A stretch of 37,295 nucleotides of DNA, taken from positions 1 through 37,295 of the forward strand of contig CAYJUC010000002.1 of the NCBI GenBank assembly GCA_964372605.1, given 5' to 3'. The notes beneath the pieces were generated by a model that saw only the letters and a program-made list of their open reading frames with translations, ran no database searches and had not been told where the DNA came from. A program made the position numbers and the translations under genes. Below, in pieces: positions 15,238 to 22,746 of this stretch. Origin of the DNA: an uncultured bacterium (GTDB lineage Bacteria; Methylomirabilota; Methylomirabilia; Rokubacteriales; CSP1-6). Each line of letters begins with the position of its first letter. The stretch's first letter is position 1.

Positions 15238-16526
15238 CGGTCTTCGCCCTGCGGGCGGTGATCCATGAGATACCGCTGAATCAGCTCCAGCGTGTCCGCA
15301 ACCGCTCCGCGGCGCGTTTCCACCGCCTGAAACCCCGCCTCCCCCATCCTGGCTCTGAGCCCGGGATCGGCCAGAAGCCGTTCGATCGCCTTCCGGAGCT
15401 CCTGGCTGTCACTCACCTGGATTGCCCCTCCGGAGCGGAGCAGGAGCTTGGCGCTCTCGCGGAAGTTCATGTTGTGGGGGCCGAAGACCACCGGTTTCCG
15501 ATGGAACGCCGGCTCGAGCATGTTGTGCCCGCCCCAGGGGATCAGGCTTCCGCCCACGAAGACCACGTCGGCCAACCCGTAGAGCTGGGCCAGCTCCCCC
15601 ACGGTGTCGAGGAGGATGGCGTCCCGCCTGACCGAATTGCCAGGGAGTGTGGTTCGGCGAACCCCCACGAGCTTCCGATCCTGGAGCAGCCGCTCCACTT
15701 CGGGAACCCGTCCGGGATCGCGCGGAGCAATGACCAGCGTGAGGGACGGGTATCGCGCTCTGAGGTCGCAGAACGCGTCCAGGAGAATCACTTCCTCGCC
15801 ACGGTGAGTGCTCCCCGCCACCCAGACCAGCTCCTTCCCCGTCAGCCTCAGGAGCCGCTCCCAGACTTTTTCCGCTCCGGCCTCGTGCGGCGGGGGTTCG
15901 GTCTTCAAGTTTCCGGTCACCACCACCCGCTCCGCCGGGGCTCCCAGCGCGATGATACGCCGGGCATCTTCCTGCGACTGCATGGCAAACACGGTGATCT
16001 GCCGGAGGAGCCGCCGCAGCAGGAAGCGGATCCAGCGATAGCGCCGGAAGGAGCGATCCGAGATCCGGCCGTTGACGATCATCGACGGAATCCCCAGGCG
16101 GCTGAGCTCTCTGAAGAAGTTCGGCCAGAGCTCGGTCTCGAGGGCGATGAAGAAGACCGGAGCGATCGCTCCGACGGCCCGGCGAACCGGGCCCGGGAGA
16201 TCCAGCGGGAAATAGCAGTGGGTGACACGGTCCCCCAGCCGGTCCCGCACCACGCGAGCCCCCGTGGGCGTGACCGTCGAGAGGATCACCTTGAGGCGAG
16301 GCCAGCGCCGACGGATGGCGTCGACGAGCGGGACCGCGGTCGCAGCCTCCCCTACGGAGACCGCGTGGATCCAGCAGGACCTCGCGTCCCGACCCGTCGG
16401 CAGGCCACGGCCAAACCGCTGGCGGAACCCCGAGGCATAGCCGCCCGGCAGGAGCCGGCGGACGACAAAGACGGGGGTGTAGAAGAACACGGCCAGGGCC
16501 AACAGAAAAGAGTAGAGCGCGTACAC
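15234..16526 (-). CDS. waaA: 3-deoxy-D-manno-octulosonic acid (Kdo) transferase
   Basis: 430 aa with an N-terminal membrane anchor, GFRQRFG, WIHAVSVGEA and a GT30-type C-terminal half. Confidence 0.9.
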   Translation of the reverse strand: MYALYSFLLALAVFFYTPVFVVRRLLPGGYASGFRQRFGRGLPTGRDARSCWIHAVSVGEAATAVPLVDAIRRRWPRLKVILSTVTPTGARVVRDRLGDRVTHCYFPLDLPGPVRRAVGAIAPVFFIALETELWPNFFRELSRLGIPSMIVNGRISDRSFRRYRWIRFLLRRLLRQITVFAMQSQEDARRIIALGAPAERVVVTGNLKTEPPPHEAGAEKVWERLLRLTGKELVWVAGSTHRGEEVILLDAFCDLRARYPSLTLVIAPRDPGRVPEVERLLQDRKLVGVRRTTLPGNSVRRDAILLDTVGELAQLYGLADVVFVGGSLIPWGGHNMLEPAFHRKPVVFGPHNMNFRESAKLLLRSGGAIQVSDSQELRKAIERLLADPGLRARMGEAGFQAVETRRGAVADTLELIQRYLMDHRPQGEDR

Positions 16527-16529
16527 GGT

Positions 16530-17192
16530 TTAAGCCACGTTGACGAGAAGGTCGGCGCGCCAGGTGATCTCCCGGAGAGAGGCTTCCAGCTCTTTGCGAA
16601 GGTTCTCCTGCTCCGACCGATCCGCCAGTGGCGGCACAAAGATCGGCGCGCCGAAGTAGACCTGGACCCGCGCGAACGGCTTGGGGATGACAAAGGCGTC
16701 CCAGCTCTTGAGCCGCCAGCTCCGAGAAGCGCTCACGGTGACCGGGACGATGGGCGCCCCGGTCAGCTTGGCCAGGGCGATGACGCCGGGCTGGGCGACC
16801 TCGCGGGGGCCTCGCGGCCCGTCGGGGGCCACCGCCACTTCGGTACCGTTCCTGAGGAACTTCGCCAATCGTCTGAGGGCGAGAGATCCACCTCGGGTGG
16901 TGGACCCCCTGACCGACTCGAACCCGAAACTCCGGAGAAACCGGGCCACGAGCTCTCCGTCCCGGTGACGGCTCGCCATGACGTGGACCTTGCGGCTCTT
17001 CCCGTAAATGGCCGGCAGGATCAGGATGCGCCCGTGCCAGACAGCGTAGATCACCGGAGTCCGGCGCTCCCAGAGGCCGTTCACGTGGCCGGCGTCGACC
17101 ACTTCCACCCTCAGGGTGCGCGTCAAGAGCGCGACGGCCCACCCGCCGAACACCGGCGCGAGGGCCAGGAGGAGCCTGTCTCCGACCCTCAC
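16530..17192 (-). CDS. DUF374-family protein (lysophospholipid-acyltransferase-like)
   Basis: 220 aa from GTG 17192 (GTGA overlap with the lpxB stop). Motifs: AVWHGR, SRHRDGE, RGSTTRGG and APDGPRGP, typical of DUF374 proteins found next to waaA. Confidence 0.8.
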   Translation of the reverse strand: MRVGDRLLLALAPVFGGWAVALLTRTLRVEVVDAGHVNGLWERRTPVIYAVWHGRILILPAIYGKSRKVHVMASRHRDGELVARFLRSFGFESVRGSTTRGGSLALRRLAKFLRNGTEVAVAPDGPRGPREVAQPGVIALAKLTGAPIVPVTVSASRSWRLKSWDAFVIPKPFARVQVYFGAPIFVPPLADRSEQENLRKELEASLREITWRADLLVNVA

Positions 17193-18313
17193 CGCTCCCC
17201 TGCCACAGCCAGGACGCACCGGGCGGCCCGCTCGCCGACTCCCGGCTTGCCGAGCTCGGCCCGAATTCCCGAAAGGGCCTCCCGCTGGGCGGCCAGGCGA
17301 CCGGGCTCCCTCAAAAGAGAGAGCGCCTCCTGCGCGAGCCGCTCTCCCGTTGCGTCGTCCTGAATGAGTTCCGGTACGAGGGCCCTGTTCGCGACGATGT
17401 TGGCAAGGCTGATCCACGGGATCCGGATCAAGAGCCGCCCGATCAGCTCCGAGAACCGGGAGACCCGATAGCACACCACCATAGGCGTCCCAAGGCACGC
17501 CGCCTCCAGCGTCGCGGTCCCGGAGGCGATCAGAAGCAGGTCGGCCGCCGCCATGATCTCGTGGGTGCGCCCGGAGAGGACGTCGATCTTCGCCGGGCAG
17601 GCGGTGACCGCCGGCGCCACGGCTTCCGGCTTCACGGTGGGAGCGAGCGCCAGGGCGAATCGGACGTCAGGCCAGGCGTCCTGAATCCTGGTCGCGGCTT
17701 CGGTCATCGGCCCGAGGAGCCGCTCCACTTCCTCCCGTCGACTGCCCGGGAGGAGCCCCACCAGCGTTGACCCCTCCGGAAACACCATCCGCCGGCGGGC
17801 TTCGGCGCGATCGAGCGCCCGGGGCAAGCTGTCGAGGAGCGGGTGCCCCACGAACTCCACCGGCACGCCGGCCGACCGGTAGAGCGGGACCTCGAACGGA
17901 AACACCGCGAGCACTTTCGTCACCAGGCGGGCGATCCGCTTGACTCTTCCGCGCCGCCAGGCCCACACCTGGGGAGGGACGAAGTAGATCACGGGGATCC
18001 CGAGCCGCTTTGCCACCCGGGCGAGCAGAAGGTTGAATTCGGGAAAGTCTATGAGGACCAAGCCGCGCGGGCGGGTCTCCGCCATGGCTCGAGCGAGGGT
18101 CCGGTAGGCGCGATAGAGGCGTGGGAGTCGGCCCACCGCCTCGCTCCCCCCCACCACCGCGAGCCCGGTGAGGTCTTCCAGAAGCCCGACGCCCGCCTCG
18201 GCCATCCGGAAGCCTCCCATTCCTGTGAGCCTCACAGCGGGGGCGAGGGCCCTGAGGGCGCGAGCGAGCTCGGCGCCGTGGAGGTCTCCAGAAGCTTCCC
18301 CCGCCGACAGCAT
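17189..18313 (-). CDS. lpxB: Lipid-A-disaccharide synthase
   Basis: 374 aa from ATG 18313 (MLSAGEASGDLHGAEL...). It has the GT19 pattern, including VIYFVPPQVWAWR. Confidence 0.9.
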   Translation of the reverse strand: MLSAGEASGDLHGAELARALRALAPAVRLTGMGGFRMAEAGVGLLEDLTGLAVVGGSEAVGRLPRLYRAYRTLARAMAETRPRGLVLIDFPEFNLLLARVAKRLGIPVIYFVPPQVWAWRRGRVKRIARLVTKVLAVFPFEVPLYRSAGVPVEFVGHPLLDSLPRALDRAEARRRMVFPEGSTLVGLLPGSRREEVERLLGPMTEAATRIQDAWPDVRFALALAPTVKPEAVAPAVTACPAKIDVLSGRTHEIMAAADLLLIASGTATLEAACLGTPMVVCYRVSRFSELIGRLLIRIPWISLANIVANRALVPELIQDDATGERLAQEALSLLREPGRLAAQREALSGIRAELGKPGVGERAARCVLAVAGER

Positions 18314-18317
18314 GAAG

Positions 18318-19127
18318 CTAGTCGTCAGGGGCGACGCCGACAATGGCGATCCCTTCTCGGTCAGCACGTTCAACGACGATCTCGGGATCGAGGCAGAGGA
18401 TCTTCCCGCTCTCAATCGCCAGGACCGCGGCCTTCCCCGGCGCCAGCGAGGCGACGGTTTCCACTCCCACGGTGGGAACGTCGAAGCGATAGTCGTTCCA
18501 TGATGCGACCGCCTTCACCACCACCGCGCCGGGACCCGCGAGCCGGCACCCTCGCCGGATCGCCTCGTCTGTCCCCTCCATGGCCTCGATGGCCGAGGCG
18601 GCGCCCCGGTGGATCACGACAGTCTGTCCCGCCCCGAAGGTCGCGCACCACCGGGCAAGCTTGAACCCGACCGTGATGTCCCCCCACTGGGCTTCCGTGG
18701 GGACACGCAGGGTGAGGGGGCCCGGCGACACGAAGAGCGGCGCCAGAAAAGTCCGCTGATCGAGAACCCGGACGCCCGCTCCCTCCAGGAGCGCGAGAGC
18801 GGCCTGGCCGAGCGATAGGTCGGTGAACTGCCCGCCATGCGCCAGGAACTGGTGGCCGTACGAATCCTGGGGGAGGAGATGAATCAGCTCTGGCTTCCGG
18901 AGCGTTCCGGAGAAGACGACCGAGGTAATCCCCTCCTGCCGGATCGCCTCCAGCGCGGTCCCGATCTCCGACACGCGGCACGGAACCAGCCGATCGACGG
19001 CGCCGTCGAGACCCGGAGCGTCGCCAAAAACAAGAGCCACGACGCGCCAGCCCTGGCGTCTGGCCTCCCGCGCCACGCGGCCGGGAAGCTGCCCGGCCCC
19101 CGCAATCAGCCCGAGCGAGTTCGCCAC
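18318..19127 (-). CDS. lpxI: UDP-2,3-diacylglucosamine hydrolase, LpxI type (DUF1009)
   Basis: 269 aa. LGLIAGAGQLP and GQTVVIHRGAASAIEAMEGTDEAIRRG match my recollection of Caulobacter LpxI. The GTG start overlaps the upstream gene by 22 nt, so the start is uncertain. Confidence 0.85.
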   Translation of the reverse strand: MANSLGLIAGAGQLPGRVAREARRQGWRVVALVFGDAPGLDGAVDRLVPCRVSEIGTALEAIRQEGITSVVFSGTLRKPELIHLLPQDSYGHQFLAHGGQFTDLSLGQAALALLEGAGVRVLDQRTFLAPLFVSPGPLTLRVPTEAQWGDITVGFKLARWCATFGAGQTVVIHRGAASAIEAMEGTDEAIRRGCRLAGPGAVVVKAVASWNDYRFDVPTVGVETVASLAPGKAAVLAIESGKILCLDPEIVVERADREGIAIVGVAPDD

Positions 19128-20134
19128 GGAAGATCCTCCGGCAGGGCGGCCTCCCCCCGCCCCTCTCGGATCATCCGCTCGATCTCCAGCGCCACGGCCA
19201 ACGAACGGAGGTCTTCCTCTTCGGGCAGCTCCACCCGGCTGCCCGCCCTGGCCGCCCGCACCGCGTCAACCAGATGGCGGATCTCCAGCTTCAGCGGGTT
19301 GTCTTTGTGGACGAACAGGTGCTCGACGAAGGACGCCTGCCGGTAGCGAATGGACTCGCGGTTCAGCGTGTATTCCTGGGCCGCGCGCCGGTGAATCTGG
19401 ATGTTCTGGTCCGCGTAGTCGAGGACGATGTAGGCATCGGGCTGCGTGATGGCGAGGGTCCGGATCTTCTGCTCGGTGGCGCGGCTGGCCGTGATGTTGG
19501 CGATGGTACCCGTGTCGAAGACGATCTGCACGTTCGCCACGTCGGGCGCGGCGGAGTAGAGCGCCCGCCCCATGGCGCTGATCCGGCGGGGTTCTCCGTC
19601 CACCAATCCGAGGACGATGTCGATGTCGTGAATCATGAGGTCCATGACCACGGTGTCGTGCTGGACCCGCGGGACAAAGGGGCCCAACCGCCTGGACTCG
19701 ATGAGGATGGGCCGCTCAACGATCTTCTTGAGCTCCTGAACCGCGCCGTTGAAGCGCTCCACGTGCCCGGCGTGCATCACCGCCCCGTGCGCCCGGGCCA
19801 GCCGGAACAGCTCCTTCGCCTCTTCCAGGGTGGGCGTCAGCGGCTTCTCCACAAGCACGTTGATCCCCGCTTCCAGCAGATCTCGCGTCACGGCGAAGTG
19901 CAGCGGCGTCGGGACGGCCACGCTCACCACGTCCACCTTGCCGATCAGATCCCGGTGGTCCGGAAAGGCCCGCGTGTCGTACTGGGACGCGAGCCGCCGG
20001 GCCTTTTCGCCGTCCGCGTCCACGATCCCCACAAGCTCCACGTCCCACAGCTCGGCGTAAGCCAGAATGTGGTACTGCCCCATGTGGCCGGTCCCGACGA
20101 CTCCGGCCCTGATCCGTCGGTCCCCGTTCGGCAT
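19106..20134 (-). CDS. Gfo/Idh/MocA-family NAD(P)-dependent oxidoreductase (possible GnnA-like)
   Basis: 342 aa. It has the Rossmann motif VGTGHMG and the EKP motif (VLVEKPL). It sits between lpxA and lpxI, and its ATG overlaps the lpxA stop by 1 nt (TGATG). Confidence 0.85.
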   Translation of the reverse strand: MPNGDRRIRAGVVGTGHMGQYHILAYAELWDVELVGIVDADGEKARRLASQYDTRAFPDHRDLIGKVDVVSVAVPTPLHFAVTRDLLEAGINVLVEKPLTPTLEEAKELFRLARAHGAVMHAGHVERFNGAVQELKKIVERPILIESRRLGPFVPRVQHDTVVMDLMIHDIDIVLGLVDGEPRRISAMGRALYSAAPDVANVQIVFDTGTIANITASRATEQKIRTLAITQPDAYIVLDYADQNIQIHRRAAQEYTLNRESIRYRQASFVEHLFVHKDNPLKLEIRHLVDAVRAARAGSRVELPEEEDLRSLAVALEIERMIREGRGEAALPEDLPWRTRSG

Positions 20135-21009
20135 CAGAAACCCCCGAGCTCGTCCTCTCCGCCGGCAGGCACCCCGGCCGCATCGTCTCCCTCGCCCGAC
20201 ACCTCCGCGCCGTCCCGGCGCGCGGGGCCGCAGATGCCGCGCCGCGACGACTCGATGAACAGGACCAGGTGGTCGATGACGGCGGATGGGGGGATCTCCG
20301 CCCGGATCCGCTCAAGCGCGCTTCTGGGGGAGAGGCCGGACCGGTACAGGATGCGGAAGGCGCGCTGGAGGGCCTGCCGGATCTCGGGCCCGATCCCGTT
20401 GCGCCTGAGCCCGACGACGTTCACCGACCGGGCCGTGGCGGGGTTTCCGTCCACGATCACGCACGGGGGCACATCCTGGACGACCTTGGCGCACCCCCCG
20501 ATGTAAGCGTAGGCGCCGACACGGGCGAACTGATGAATCCCCGTCAATCCCCCGATGACCGCGAAATCCTCGACCTCCACGTGCCCGGTGAGCCCCGCGT
20601 AGTTGATGACGACGATATGGTTTCCGAGCCGGCAGTCGTGGGCGATATGGCTCGATGCCATGATCAGGTTTCCGTCCCCGATCTCCGTCCGGCCGTGCTC
20701 GCGAGCGGAGCGGTGGATGGTCACGTGCTCCCGGATCACGGTATCGTTCCCGATCCGGACGCCCGACGGTGTGCCCTCCCGGTACTTGAGATCCTGGGGC
20801 GGGGATCCGATCACGCTGCCGTGCCCGACCCGGCAGCGGTCGCCGATCTCTACTAGGCCCTCAAGCACCACGTGGTGGCCGATCTCGGTTCCGGCGCCCA
20901 GGCTCACCTCTTCTCCGATGACCGAGTAGGCCCCGATCCTGATGTCCGGCCCCAGCGCGGCGCGTGGATCTACGATCGCCGTCGGGTGAATCTCAGACGG
21001 ACGCATCAT
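20134..21009 (-). CDS. lpxA: Acyl-ACP:UDP-N-acetylglucosamine O-acyltransferase
   Basis: 291 aa from ATG 21009 (MMRPSEIHPTAIVDP...), with left-handed beta-helix hexapeptide repeats, a helical C-terminal domain and an acidic tail. The longer track ORF is an overextension into lpxD. Confidence 0.9.
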   Translation of the reverse strand: MMRPSEIHPTAIVDPRAALGPDIRIGAYSVIGEEVSLGAGTEIGHHVVLEGLVEIGDRCRVGHGSVIGSPPQDLKYREGTPSGVRIGNDTVIREHVTIHRSAREHGRTEIGDGNLIMASSHIAHDCRLGNHIVVINYAGLTGHVEVEDFAVIGGLTGIHQFARVGAYAYIGGCAKVVQDVPPCVIVDGNPATARSVNVVGLRRNGIGPEIRQALQRAFRILYRSGLSPRSALERIRAEIPPSAVIDHLVLFIESSRRGICGPARRDGAEVSGEGDDAAGVPAGGEDELGGF

Positions 21010-22072
21010 CCTGCCCCGCCGACGACCCGGGAAGGCCCAAACGACGCTCAAGCTCGACGATCCGCCGCTCAAGAAAACGCACCCGCTTGAGCAGCCCGGG
21101 CAAGCGGGGGAGCGCGGCAAAGATCCGCCGGGCTTCGGCTGCCGGGCGGGTCGGTGTCCCCATGTAATCCTGGCCGGCGTCGAGGTCGTGGGGAACGCCG
21201 GACTGTGGCCCGACGCGGGCGCCCTCGCCCACGGTCACGTGGTCGGCCAGCCCGACCTGGCCCCCCAGCACCGCGCGGTTTCCGACGCGGCTGGAGCCGG
21301 AGATCCCCGCCTGGGCCACCACGATGGCATCCTCGCCGATCTCCACGTTGTGCCCGATCTGGACCAGGTTGTCCACCTTGGTTCCGCGGCGGACCACGGT
21401 ATGGCCCAGGGTCGCGCGATCGATAGCCGCGTTCGCCCCCACCTCCACGTCGTCCTCGAGGATCACGCCCCCGACCTGCGGGATCTTCTGATGCGCGGCG
21501 CCGTCAAACGCGTAGCCGAACCCGTCGGCCCCCACCACCGCGCCGGGGTGAATAATCACCCGGCGACCAATCCGAACCCCTTCCCGAATGATCACGTGAG
21601 GGTACAGGAGGGCTTCCTCCCCGACCTCGACCCCCGCCCCGAGGTAAACGAACGGAAAGATCCGCGCCCGGCGCGCGATGACGACTCCGTCCTCCAGGAC
21701 GGAGAAGGCTCCCACCGACGCCTCCGTGTGAACCCGGGCCGTGGGCGCGACCAGAGCTGACGGGTGGACGCCGGGCGTCGCGGCGGGTGCCGGGTGGAAG
21801 AGCTGGAGCAGGGAAATGAGCGCGCGCTGGGGGGAGCGCGACCGCAAAAGCGGGCCCGAGAGGCCGACGGCATCCTCCGGCACCAGGAGGGCGCCGGCGC
21901 TCGAAGTCCTGGCGCGGGCGAGATACTTCGGATGCGTCAGAAACGCGATCTGGTGGGATCCCGCCGTCTCCAGCGGCGCGACCCCCGTGATGACCCGCCA
22001 CGGATCACCTTCGAGAGACGCTCCCAGGGCCCGGGCAATCTCGCCCAGCGTGTACGGACCGGCAGGCGCCAT
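20993..22072 (-). CDS. lpxD: UDP-3-O-acylglucosamine N-acyltransferase
   Basis: 359 aa with the N-terminal uridine-binding pattern (YTLGEIA...IAFLTHPKYL) followed by hexapeptide repeats. Confidence 0.9.
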   Translation of the reverse strand: MAPAGPYTLGEIARALGASLEGDPWRVITGVAPLETAGSHQIAFLTHPKYLARARTSSAGALLVPEDAVGLSGPLLRSRSPQRALISLLQLFHPAPAATPGVHPSALVAPTARVHTEASVGAFSVLEDGVVIARRARIFPFVYLGAGVEVGEEALLYPHVIIREGVRIGRRVIIHPGAVVGADGFGYAFDGAAHQKIPQVGGVILEDDVEVGANAAIDRATLGHTVVRRGTKVDNLVQIGHNVEIGEDAIVVAQAGISGSSRVGNRAVLGGQVGLADHVTVGEGARVGPQSGVPHDLDAGQDYMGTPTRPAAEARRIFAALPRLPGLLKRVRFLERRIVELERRLGLPGSSAGQDDASV

Positions 22073-22077
22073 TCCGA

Positions 22078-22626
22078 CTATTTCTTCCGCTTGGCCGATT
22101 CCTGGTCATAGGCCTTGATGATCTCGTCGGTCACGTCGGCCTCCGGGGATACGTAAACAACGCCGGCCCCCCGACGCTCGACGATGATCAGGTAGCCTCG
22201 TTGCTTTCCGAACCGCTCGGTGACACCGGTGATTTCCTGCAGGGCCGCCTGGAGAAGCCCCTGCTCCTTTTTCTCCAGTTCCTTCTGAAAGTCATCGGCC
22301 ATGCGGCGGAGATCCCGGACCTTCCGCTCCAGGGTGTCCTGCTTCTCCCGGCGCGATTCCTGGCTCAAGAGCGCTCCCTTTTTTTCCAGCTCTTCCCGGA
22401 GCTTTTCCGCTTCGGTTCGTCGGGCGTCGATCTCCTTCTGCTTCGACGCCTTGTCCCGTTCCAGGTCTTCCCGCGCCGCGGCGCCGGCCGCGGACCGGGC
22501 GAGCACGCGCTGGACATCCACGTACCCGATCCGGGCGCCGGGAGATTGGGCCAGGACAGACCCATTCGAGAGCAGAGCGCACGCTGCCAAGAGAATCAGA
22601 ATCACGCAAAGGCGGAACCGCAGCAC
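22078..22626 (-). CDS. skp: Periplasmic chaperone Skp/OmpH
   Basis: 182 aa with a signal peptide and then a Lys/Glu/Arg-rich coiled-coil region. It sits in the canonical position between bamA and lpxD. A strong SD (AAGGAGGGAGGAG) precedes the GTG start. Confidence 0.85.
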   Translation of the reverse strand: MLRFRLCVILILLAACALLSNGSVLAQSPGARIGYVDVQRVLARSAAGAAAREDLERDKASKQKEIDARRTEAEKLREELEKKGALLSQESRREKQDTLERKVRDLRRMADDFQKELEKKEQGLLQAALQEITGVTERFGKQRGYLIIVERRGAGVVYVSPEADVTDEIIKAYDQESAKRKK

Positions 22627-22675
22627 TTCTCCTCCCTCCTTAACGTTTCGCTCACCTCGATGCTTTCCGCTCCGA

Positions 22676-22694
22676 GCGCGGGCTTTGCCCGCGC
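22676..22694. repeat. REP-like element module B, second locus
   Basis: Plus strand GCGCGGGC-TTT-GCCCGCGC, a perfect 8-bp stem. Its reverse complement matches 4744..4762. Confidence 0.85.
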
Positions 22695-22704
22695 CACCCT
22701 TCCC

Positions 22705-22744
22705 GGGGGGAGGTTCGGAAGGGGGGCAAAGCCCCCCTCCGAGG
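22705..22744. repeat. REP-like element module A, second locus (inverted relative to locus 1)
   Basis: The reverse complement reads CCTCGGAGGGGGGCTTTGCCCCCCTTCCGAACCTCCCCCC. It starts 3 nt after the bamA TAG and has a 7-bp G/C stem plus a 5-bp outer stem. Confidence 0.85.
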
Positions 22745-22746
22745 GG

